Origin: Felis catus
Taxonomy: Eukaryota
Assembly: GCF_018350175.1 (NCBI RefSeq)
Contig: NC_058373.1
Span: forward strand, 101,744,001 to 101,808,000
DNA length: 64,000 nucleotides
Direction: 5' to 3'
Shown here: positions 25,629-35,815 of the stretch, piece after piece
Layout of the letters: each line of letters opens with the position of its first letter
Position numbering within the stretch: the stretch's first letter is position 1
The notes under the pieces: model-generated
What the model was told of the DNA's origin: nothing
Databases searched by the model: none
What the model saw: only the letters and a program-made list of their open reading frames with translations
Program-made: the position numbers and the translations under genes

Positions 25629-28524
25629 AGATTTTAATACTGCTAACACTTTTGCTAATTAATAAAGCAAATAATTAAAGATAACTTGTTCTAATGTCTC
25701 TATAACTAATACACTTTTTCTTGTTTTATGTTATTACTCCTAGAACTATGAATTTAAAATCCATAGACATGGGCTCCTGGAGATAGCTTATTGATATAAA
25801 CAATACCTAAACATGTTCTTAAGCAGTGACTTATAAACATAGCACTGATTTAGCTGGACTTAGTCATCTTTGAAACATTTGAACATTTGAGTTATTTGAT
25901 AAAAAGTATTACTCACCGAGCAAACACTAATTTCTTTCCTTTGCAGAGTCTAGGGAGGAGAAAAACAAAAGAATGTTAAAAGAATGTGAATTCATTTGAT
26001 ATTTTGATCTATCTTTTGTTTGGTACACCATGATGGACTCAGTACCTGTGCTCTGTGTACTCACTGCCTAACCCACTGCCTGGCATAAAGTAGGTGAACA
26101 ATAGGTATTTTTCAAATGACTAAAAAATAGTGAACACAGACATAACAACAATGTCCTCTATCTCATATTTTCATTGCTTTTCCAAGGGGGGGTGAACCTT
26201 TAGTACTTGTTAGCTACTTCTTAATTATCCATAAAAATTGGGTACAGGTTCATATAGGAAAATTCCACATTTAATACACAAACATATATTTAGCTGATAG
26301 TATTCCTTTCCTTCCTTCAGAGTCTTGACTTCACTCTGAGGAATAATGAAGCAGCCTCACTGGGTTTTATCTATATTCTCTGTCTTATCAGAAAAAAGGC
26401 CCAGAGGCATGGGAAATTATGAGTATTGTCATCCCACAAAAACAAGGGGGACTGGTAACTCATTCCTGCTCATCTTTGTATTTCTCAAAAGTGGCTCAAA
26501 AATTAACTAAATCAAGATCTTTTCCTCGGTTAAAGGCTGCTGTAAGAACTACATTTTTCCAGTAGGTGGTAGTATTTTCTTTCTTCAGCATTAGAATTTT
26601 TGAAGATTGTCTCAAGGTTTGTTGGCTTTGGTTTTTTTTAGTTTTACTATTCCTTTAGTAATCTGCAGGTGACAATAAATACGTTAATGAAACTGATATT
26701 TCTTCCACTTAAAAAAAAATATATCATTCTTGAGGGCTTCCAAAGGCTCCAGATGGAGAACTTCTGCTTTGGGGGCCATTGATAGCAAAGTATATACCAG
26801 GGTAGACTGTGCTGGAACTCTCCTTCCCACTTCCAGATAGAAGTTATTGCTAAGGACTAGCTAATTGACAGTAATGTCTTGGAGAAAACGATATGACAAG
26901 ATTTTCTGCCTCTATAATAATAACGCAAAACAAAAATAAAACATTGACCCTAGGATTCTCGATTTTAGGGAAGATAGTCATTAAATTATGCAGATACCTT
27001 TCCTGGCTGGTTAATAATGATCTTAAACAATTATTCACATATCCTATTTTAACGAAAACATCTAAACTTCTGCAGCCCCACAAGACCTTTCAATACCCCC
27101 AACAGAGGGTTAGGTACTGTCACGTGTCTGACACGGAGTACACGGTGCAGGAACTAGGTTTGAGGAAGGAAGGAAAGATTGAAATTCCAGGGGCGTATCA
27201 TATGCTGTAGTTGAAAAACGGAAGTGTGAATTAGTGGAATAATATCTCAAATACTTTATCTTCAAAAATACTGTGTTCACGAGAGTAGGGAAGGCTGGGT
27301 CTGAAGCACGTATTTCACTGGTTTCTCAGAAGTACTCTTATAAACAAAGCTTCAAGTTGCTGGAGAAAGTGTTCAAGGGCTCAGTGTTTCACTGAAAATA
27401 CGGAGATAGCCCGGATTTGGCCAGCAAGTCCACCCGTGAATAGTCACCTGATAAAAGAAGGTACAGCGATTTTCAGGTTTTAGGGGATTTTTAACCCCTA
27501 CTACTAACCCTCTACTTTGGAGACCATACCCGGCGGCGCTTTTCCAGCCCACCTTAGGCTGCTCCACTCGCCGCCGCACCCCGCTATTCTCTTCCGCGCC
27601 GGTGGAACACTGACCCAGACACGGCCTCGGCCTCGCGCACTGCCCAGGTCCAGGTCAACCGCCCAGCCTGGAGACTCCGACGCGCTGACAGGTGGCCTCG
27701 CTCGCCTTCCTGCCGCCCAGGGCGGCGCTCGTCTCCCACTCCACACGAGAGTACTCAGGCAGAGCTCCCAGGCTGGTCCCAGAGGTCGGGTGGCTTCCCG
27801 AGGGGAGAGAGAGGCCCAAGAGGGGGGCCAGGTGGCCCGCGAGGCCGCCGACGAGAGCAAAGGGCAGCCAAGGCCAGAGCCAGGTGAGGGGTGATTAGGC
27901 CAGGCACTTCTCGGGCCCCTTGGACAAGGGCCACAAGGAAGGAGGCCGGCACCCAGGCACGCCCAGCTCAGTGCACCGCCCCTGGGCCTCGGAGACCCCC
28001 GGAACCCGTCCACGCCCCCCGCGGCAGGGACCCCACGTCTCCACCGCCCGCCGGGCAAACAGATCTGCCACCCCCGGGCCCCAGGAGGACTCAGGGGTCA
28101 CTCGAGTCGGCGAACCACATTCCCAAGGACGAGCAGCCGGTGGCAGCACCGCCCCCTCTCAAGCGCCCTCCGAGTCGTCTACTGCCAGCGCTCGGGCGAC
28201 TCGAGGGCCCCGACCCCTCCAGAACTCTCAGACGGCGGGGGAGGAATTCACTCGGACCCCTCCCCTTCCCCAAACTTCTTCCCTCCGCCGGGCGGTTCTT
28301 CCAACCCGACCCCTCCGCGCCATCCGGCTCCTCCCTCTCCGCTCCCCTCCCCTTTTCTGGTCCCCACGTAGGAATCCGCCCCCCCACCCCCGTTGCCCGC
28401 GGGGTCCGGGGATCCTCCCCCCGACTCCCCCCGCGTGCCGCCGCCGCCGCCCGGGTTCCTCTCCCCCCTCTCGGGCGCTCCCTGCCAAGCCCATGATGTA
28501 ATGGTGTATGTTAATCAGTAGCAT

Positions 28525-28751
28525 GTGGGGAGCTCCGGCTCGGCGGCTCAGTCCTCCGCGAGCCGACACTGGAGGCGGCAGCAGCGGCGGCGGCGGCGGC
28601 CCGGACTCGCAGCACCGCACTCTCTGAGCGCCGCCCGCCCCGACGGCATGGCCCGCAGCCCGCGCTCCAGGCGCCCAGACCCTCGCTGAGAGCCGCCTCG
28701 GCCCCCGACCCGCGCACGGGGCCCCGAGCCGCCGGGATGAGCCGCGCCGAG
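28525..28751 (+). other. SAMD4A: Probable non-coding exon 1 of SAMD4A (5' end approximate)
   Basis: Strong donor GAG|GTGAGC at 28751/28752 within the CpG island, upstream of the acceptor at 29986; TSS is inferred, not seen. Confidence 0.6.
28574..28600 (+). repeat. Short interrupted GGC/AGC trinucleotide repeat
   Basis: GGCGGCAGCAGCGGCGGCGGCGGCGGC. Confidence 0.85.
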
Positions 28752-29471
28752 GTGAGCGCCCCCACCCTTCCGACCGCGGCAGGGGACCCGCCGGTCACTG
28801 GGTTCTCCTCCCAAGAGACTTCCCCCTCTACTCGAGAAGTTCTGGGAGGCGGGAAGCGGGGTGCCGGCAGCGAGCGGCCCCTCGAGGGTTGGCCGCTGGG
28901 CTCTTCTCTCCGCCGCCAGCCGCCACCGGACAGGGATAGGACTGGGGGAGCCCCCGAAGCTGAACTTTCTTCTTTGCGGTCGTTGGGGGGCGTGTGCGGG
29001 CGGCGCTGAGCCGCAGTCTCGGCGGAGCCGCCCTGCCCGCCGGGGGAAGCAGTGTTTCGGACTCTGGCTGTCTCCGCGCTCGGCGCGCGCCTGGAGCCGT
29101 TCCGCCTTCGGCCTGGGAAGCGCGGGCGAGGCGCTGGGCTGGCCGGACCCGCCCGTAGGCGGTGGCAGCCGGGGCAGAATGCCTAAAGCACACACGCGCG
29201 TACACACAAACGCACACGCACGCACACATCTGATCGCTCAGGGCAAAGCAGGCCCTCGGAGACCTCCCGGGTGGGCTGGAGAGGCGCGGCGCGGGGGAGC
29301 CGGGGCTCGGGCTGCGCCTCCGCCCGCTGGGCACGGAGCTTTGGGTGGGGAGTTTATTTTTGTCTCGAGCTGCTGCCGCGGCTGCTCACGGCCTAAATCC
29401 AGAGGGGCGCCTGGCGGCGGAGATGCTGGCTGTTGCTGTAGATGGAGCTGCAGCCGCTCGGCTGCTTCTCC

Positions 29472-29570
29472 GGGAGGTGGAGGAGGAGGAGTGGGAGGAG
29501 GGGGAGGTAGAGAAGGAGGAGGTGGAGGAGGAGGGGGAGGAGGAGGAGGGGGAGGAGGAGGAGGAAGGAA
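29472..29570 (+). repeat. Imperfect (GGA)n polypurine tract
   Basis: 99 nt of G/A with only 4 T. Confidence 0.95.
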
Positions 29571-29986
29571 CTCGGGCTGCCGCTGCCTCCGCCTCTGTTT
29601 TGCATTAGCCCCCACCCCCTCCCCCGCGCCCCTTCGCAGCCGCATTGCAAGTTTTCCGCGCGAGGAAGATCTGTTGCTGGTGCTGGCGTTTGCAGGCTCA
29701 GCCCTCGAGGCCACCCCGGGTGGCGTGTGTAGGGAGCACCAGCCGTTCGCAGAGGCAGCAACAGGAAGCCGTGGGGTCTACTCCCGCACCTGGGAAGGAG
29801 GCTTCTGGCCATTCCCGGAACGGGAATAGCTCATCTCCCGCATCCGGGTGCGGAGGGGGCGGCCGGAATTTGGGGGGACCAAACCCCCAGCGGGGCGCCC
29901 CCCCCCCCGCCCCCTCTGATGCGCTCGTTTCCCGGGCGCGCTCCCTCGCTAGCCGAGGTCTCACTGCAGCCTTTCTCTCCTTCCAG

Positions 29987-30410
29987 TGGTGATCGCCGCT
30001 CGGGAATGCGGGTGTGAAGGGTCCGAGCTGCCGCCCAGCGGGGAAGAGACCCCGGGACGCCGGAAATCACCATCCCGGAGCTGCGAAAGGGGGGGAAAAA
30101 GAGCATTCTTTCAGTTTGTGTGCCTTGTGGGGAATTTTTTTTAATCGTTATTTTTTTAAAAAGAAACATTTCCGTGCTACTGTCTGTCATCATCTCTGGG
30201 GAAATCAGCCAGAACCACCGGAACATAACTGAAACCAGACGAGAGAGGCAGGAGCCGAGGCAGTACCTGCAGCGTCCGGGCACCGGAGCCACCTTGGAAC
30301 GGGAACGCGTCTCCGGCGGCCGCGGGGCTGCGGCTCCGCCAAACTTTGGGGCGGGCGGGGCGGGCTGGGGCGCCGAGGGGGCTTCGTAGACCGAGGGCCG
30401 CCCCCTAACC
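29987..30410 (+). other. SAMD4A: SAMD4A 5' UTR portion of the first coding exon
   Basis: Acceptor cctttctctccttccag ending 29986; in-frame TAG at 30387-30389 upstream of the ATG. Confidence 0.75.
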
Positions 30411-30606
30411 ATGATGTTTCGCGACCAGGTCGGGGTGCTGGCGGGCTGGTTTAAGGGCTGGAACGAGTGCGAGCAGACTGTTGCGCTGCTGTCTCTGCTT
30501 AAGCGCGTGAGCCAGACCCAGGCCCGTTTCCTCCAGCTCTGCCTGGAGCACTCGCTGGCCGACTGCGCCGAGCTGCACGTCCTCGAAGGCGAGGCCAACA
30601 GCCCCG
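30411..30606 (+). CDS. SAMD4A: SAMD4A (Smaug homolog 1) first coding exon, 196 nt, Smaug similarity region 1
   Basis: [71 protein letters not shown]; donor G|GTAAGT at 30607; lies next to CGRRF1 as in other mammals. Confidence 0.96.
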
Positions 30607-33600
30607 GTAAGTGCGCGGCCGCCGCTGTCCCTCCTGTTCCCCCCTTTCTCCTTCCCCCATCCCCTCCTGCTTCCCAGCCTCGGGCCTGGGCCCCGCCCCC
30701 GGCCGCCTCCCAGCGGGTACACCGAGGGCGCGGGCCGGGGCCCTTGGCATGTCACCCTTCCCTGCCCCCCCCCCCCCACCCCCAGTCCCTGCGCCCACTT
30801 ACCTCCGCTGGCCGCTTTGGTTTTTTGCCCACTGTCAACTCCTTCAGCCCATTCCGTGTGGTAGCCACGGTAGCATGAATGATTGATTTTTCTCTCATGC
30901 AGTTTCCTGGGAAATAAGTAAGTCAGGTCACGTAGAGTCTGGATTTTCTGGGCTTTTTTTTTTTTTTTTTTTTTTTTTCCTTCTTCTTTTGGGCAACGTG
31001 GCTCTCTGGATTTCAGCAACACATGAAGAAACCCGGGCTGCCCTTCAGAGAGCCAAGCTTTGATTAGGCTGTATGAAGGATACATGAAAATTCAATTTTA
31101 TTATTCATTTTTCCCCATGGATATTCCAGTTTCAGAGCTCTGTCTTCAGACTAATATGCAGGTGACGCTACATTCGCAGTTTGTATACTATGAGGTTATA
31201 CTTCTTTATCACGACCTCGTCGTGTCGATGTGGATCTTGTAGAAATGGTCTTACAGAAAGGGTTTCCGTAGAGAGCAGGCATGAATCAGGGTCCTTCATA
31301 TTTTTGTTGGAAAACTTTACTGAATATAACAGAATCGTTTCATATTTACAGACCTCTCCACTAGTATAGAAAATGAATGTACTGGAAAGGTTCAGCAGTT
31401 TTCTATTTGCTAGCATGGGTGGTGACAGACTGAAATTATATCCTGGGGTGGGGAGGTGGGGTGAGGATGGGGGGTAGGGGCAAGGTCCGTTGTAATTTTG
31501 GATAGGGGAAATTCTTTAGTTCCTGCTGCAGCAGGAGGGTGAACAGAGCCCCCAGTGTTTACACAGAGAAAAGAATGCAGGGTCCTCTTCCAGCTGTTCC
31601 GTGTTAAAGCCTCCAGCCTGCGAGACTCAGCAGAGGTCTGGGCTGCCATTTGATGACAAGGTCCAGTTGAGGGCAGCAGGGCCTGGGAGACACTAAAGTG
31701 AGTGTGCGGTCAGGGCAGCAAGAGGAGAACTGGCCTCCTCCTTACTCCTCCTCCCTGGTGTGGTGCTCATGAGGCTGAAAACCCTTGGATGGGTTGTTTC
31801 CATATATAGAATCAGAGGCTGGAAGTGAGCCGGGAAATCCTCACAGCCCTTTTCCTGACCAGACAGGGCTGCACCCAGAGGTCCCTGTGCCTCCAGGTGT
31901 GGAAGGCCGCACTGAGACAGATCACACAGGCCCCAGTGGGATTCAGCAAGAGCCCAAACAGCACCCCCTGTTAGAAGGGTGGCAGGGGCAGGGCCCCTTC
32001 TGTTCAGTTACACATTTATAAATAGCTGAAGGGCCAGGCTCCTTCCTAAGGGTGTGGGAGCATAACTAGGAAGACTGATGATCTGCTCTCTTGACTTCTG
32101 TCCTTGATGTGACAGGGTAGTCTGGTTCACCTGCTTGATATTGTTTTCTCGGGTTTGACAAACAAGGTTATGTAAACTTTCGTGTGTTATAGACTGCAGG
32201 GGATTTAAGAACAGTAATTTGTGTGGAATGCTTGACTTCAGTGCTTGAAGGGACTGTTTAAAATAATGAATCTTCAGGTGACTCAAATGTTAGAGCAACA
32301 TTCTTGCCCTTTGGGTTAAAGGAGACTTTTCCCCACATAGTAGCAGTTCAGTAAGTGAAGCCATTAAATGTGTGGTGTAGAAAGAAATCACTTACTTTAA
32401 AAGTCTTGTCATTAATAGACCAAAAAAAAAAAAAAAGAACTTCTGTGTTTTTAAAAGTCATTTGGCAATCTTTTTCCTCAATAATTTTATTTTGCTATAC
32501 TTATTTGTGGAAACCTACCTGTTCCTGCTGCTAAGTGCCATAGGTATACAAAATCTAGAGCCATTATGTAAGATAGGGACCATTTTCCAGTTTCTGAATT
32601 AATGTTACAACCCAGAAATTTTGCTTTCTTTGAAACCTTTGCACTTGTCCTGTGGCCAGGACAGAAATTCATTAGTGAGGTCGTGTGATGGTTCAATTTA
32701 CTGCTGCAGTATGGGGATCATACAGAGAATCAAGATTGGTCATAGCATATATCCAAGCCTGGAATATGGCTCTCTCACATATCTGGAACCTAGCCAAGAA
32801 CCAGTGGGGCAAAAATGTCCACTCAGCAACCAGAATAGAGGGCATCAAGTATGGGAGAATACTTCAGACCCTTTCTCAGAACATACTTATTCTTATTTTA
32901 GATAACAACCCTAACAATTTTTTTTAATGTGAGAAAGGATCCATGGCGTATTAGGGGTAGCACATTTAGAATGAGGTGACCCTTGACAGCTTGACAACCA
33001 GGAAAGAGACAGAAATATTATAACTTTAGACACAAGAATTGGAAGTAGAAGCCCTGAAGGTTTGGGAATGTTAGGGTAGGAACCCTCAATAGATTCTGCA
33101 GGCATTATTCTGTAATAAGTAAATAATTACTATTTGCCATGAATGAGAGTGAACTACCGAAAAGGATACGTTTTTGAATACACTCTTCGAGAAGAGAGGA
33201 AAATATGCCATAAACTTTGAAAATATTGACAGTCAAGATAATTAACCTCCAAGGCTGTTTTGGTTGGTAAAGCTCCTACCCATTCAGAAAACTAGGCTGT
33301 GTGGAATGACTCATTCATTGGCTGGCTGAGGTTTCCTATACCAAAATCATCATGTATCACTTACTTTTCTTTGTAATCATCAATTAAAAAGCACATATTT
33401 TTTCTGGTGTTGAGAGTTTAAACCTTGGTGAATGGGAACCAAATTCATATCTGGGGTGTGATCTCAGTGTAATAAAAAATGTAATTAGTCATAGTATGAA
33501 CTTGGCTCTATTTTCTCCAGGACTGACTTTAAATAGAGATAATTTTTCACATTAAATGTGGTTTGTTTGAGATCCGTGGGATGTATTTTGATACTAACTT

Positions 33601-33728
33601 TTTCTTCTCTTAAATTTAGCATTTATTGAGAATTTAGTGGTTCACGGTTTATCCTTTGCCTCAGGTTCATGGTCATCTGAAATCCAAAACAAACAAACAA
33701 ACAAAAAATGGTTGAGTCATTCCCTGAG

Positions 33729-33730
<2 letters not shown>

Positions 33731-33769
<39 letters not shown>
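33731..33769. repeat. (TG)19 microsatellite
   Basis: Direct read. Confidence 0.95.
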
Positions 33770-33771
<2 letters not shown>

Positions 33772-34469
33772 CACGCTAGATTTAGTCAGTGGGATCTGCT
33801 CATGGTCAGCTTCCCAGGTAGAGACTGGTTTCCAGAACCCTCAAGTTGTAGATTATTGCCCTTCAGTCCAGATTAACCTTGAGACCTCTGGCCAGTCCCA
33901 GTTTGTAGATGACTGTTTCTGGGGATAACAGGTCCTTTGATACATAAAAATGGCAAAATGGAACCTACTCTCTTTACGTGCAGTTTCCTAAAGAAAAATG
34001 GGTTGTGTGACATTATTTATTCATGACTTTTGTCGTTTGGACTTGAAATATGTTTTGCAGTGGAAACAGTGTAATAAATGAAGGTGTGCAAGTGAATCCA
34101 TAAAGACTTACTAACTCACAAAACAGTGCATACTTTGTGGGGCAGTTGCGTATGTTTGTAGTAAGTAAATGATAAAAAGATTGTTGCTTTCCGTATAATT
34201 AAATACAACAGAAAAGATGATCTGAAATGGTGGTGCTTGAGACAAAACTAACTGTGGAGATTGGAAAAGGACTTGTGGGCATGTTTTCTCTCATTAGAGG
34301 GTGCAGGTGTTGATTCTGCGATTTTTATAGTGTTTGGTTTCTATAGAGTAGGTACATCATACCCTGAGTTGCTCCTTTAGATCATAAACAGAGTAAAAGG
34401 AAAACAGAAGAATTGAGATTTTTCCTGATGTTGCTGCAGAAGATCTTGTTTGTAGTTCTGCCTTTCACT

Positions 34470-34900
34470 TACTCATTCAACATTCATTTTCTGACCGCCT
34501 GCTACTTTCCTGCCCCTGTGTTATGCAGTGGGAATACAAAGGTAACATACTATATTCCAGTGCCTGGTCCATAGATACCTGGTGTTGAGTAAATGACTAA
34601 CACGGTATCATAGGTGCTAAAGCAGTGATATGGGAATAAAAGGAGTGGAGGGAGGGCTTCTGGGAACAGTGTAAACCTAGCAGTTAATTGCCTGGGGAGT
34701 CAGAGAAGACTTCACTGAAGAGGAGATATGTTTGAGTTGAGTTTTGAAGGGTGATTAGGAGTTGGTTCAGTATGTACAAAGGATTGTAGAGAATACGCAT
34801 GAAGGCATTTTTCAGGCAGAAGGGATAGCTTTGATAAAAATGTTGCCTTATGAGAGGGCCTGTGCAGAAAATAGTGAGTTGAGTGGCTAGAAGAGTGTAG
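34470..34900 (-). mobile_element. LINE-2 fragment
   Basis: actcattcaacattcatt...cagagaagacttcactgaagaggag...tttgagttgagttttgaagg. Confidence 0.65.
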
Positions 34901-35359
34901 AATCCCGACTTCTAAGTAAGGCAGAAATTAAAACAGGAGCTGTGGGTGTGTAGGATTTTGCCAGCTAAGGTGTTTGGAGCTAATCGTGCAGAGATGATTG
35001 AAAACCCAAGAAGGCTTTTAGGAAACGAGCTAAAAGATGGAAGGGCTGTGTGTGTGTATTTGTACACTTTTGGGAAAGTGCTTTCTAGTATATGCATGAT
35101 CCTCTAAAAGGCAAGAATGGGAGAAGTGAGGTAAAGTTTGGTTTGGTTTCCATTTTGGTCACCTGGTGACATCATTATCTCAGGGCGGCTTTGTTGCCCT
35201 CAGCATTGATCTGTGGGGGAGAAGAAACGACTAATACGGAGAAGAAAGGAAGGTTTGTCCAAGTGGCCATTTATTTATATGCATGGGAGGGCATATGTTG
35301 TAAAGGATTCTTGCAGTATGGATTTTGAAATCAGTCACAGTGCGCTGGTCAGTTGATTC

Positions 35360-35440
35360 CTGGGCCTCAGTTTTCTCATCTGTAAAATGGAGCTAATAAA
35401 GCCTTGTTATTGTCCAGAAGTTACTTGTTAATAATCCAGT
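35360..35440 (+). mobile_element. MIR core fragment
   Basis: ctgggcctcagttttctcatctgtaaaatgg. Confidence 0.75.
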
Positions 35441-35585
35441 GAGGACCTATTATATCCGCCATGTTTAAATTTGCCTCTGTTTAATGTGGAGTTGCCTCTA
35501 AATGAATGTGGAATTTATATAAATAATGTTTTTGTAAATGACAGGAACTCTTTTTATTTAAAGGATTATCAAGAAGGGATTGGAG

Positions 35586-35708
35586 GGGCACCTGGGAGGG
35601 TCAGTCGGTTGAGCGGCCAACTCTTAATTTCGGCTCAGATCACGGTCCCAGGGTTGTGGGATCGAGCCCCGCGTCGGGCTCCACGCTGAGCGTGAGGCCT
35701 CCTTAAGG

Positions 35709-35749
<41 letters not shown>

Positions 35750-35815
35750 TCCCTCTCTCTGCCCCCCTCCCCCGCTTGCACTCTCTCTCCTTCTCTCTAA
35801 AATTAAAAGAAAAAA
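35586..35815 (+). mobile_element. Can-SINE
   Basis: TSD AAGAAG(G/A)GATTGGA. Confidence 0.93.

Larger units (their letters stand above)
27500..30830. promoter_or_regulatory. SAMD4A: CpG island / SAMD4A promoter region
   Basis: Abrupt rise in GC and CpG density, many GC boxes, no SINEs; overlaps the first SAMD4A exons. Confidence 0.93.

Noticed and set aside
26559..26572. CTCF-like CCAGTAGGTGGTAG
   Set aside because: Mismatch at a core C and no other support
28861..29829. 322-aa + strand ORF with a poly-Gly run
   Set aside because: Non-ATG start, low-complexity product; stop codons are naturally scarce in a CpG island
30607..30878. Pro-rich continuation of the SAMD4A ORF
   Set aside because: Lies beyond a consensus GTAAGT donor, so it is intronic
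27504..31085. Many overlapping 100-255 aa ORFs on both strands
   Set aside because: GC-rich shadow frames with no recognisable domain; only 30411-30606 matches a known protein
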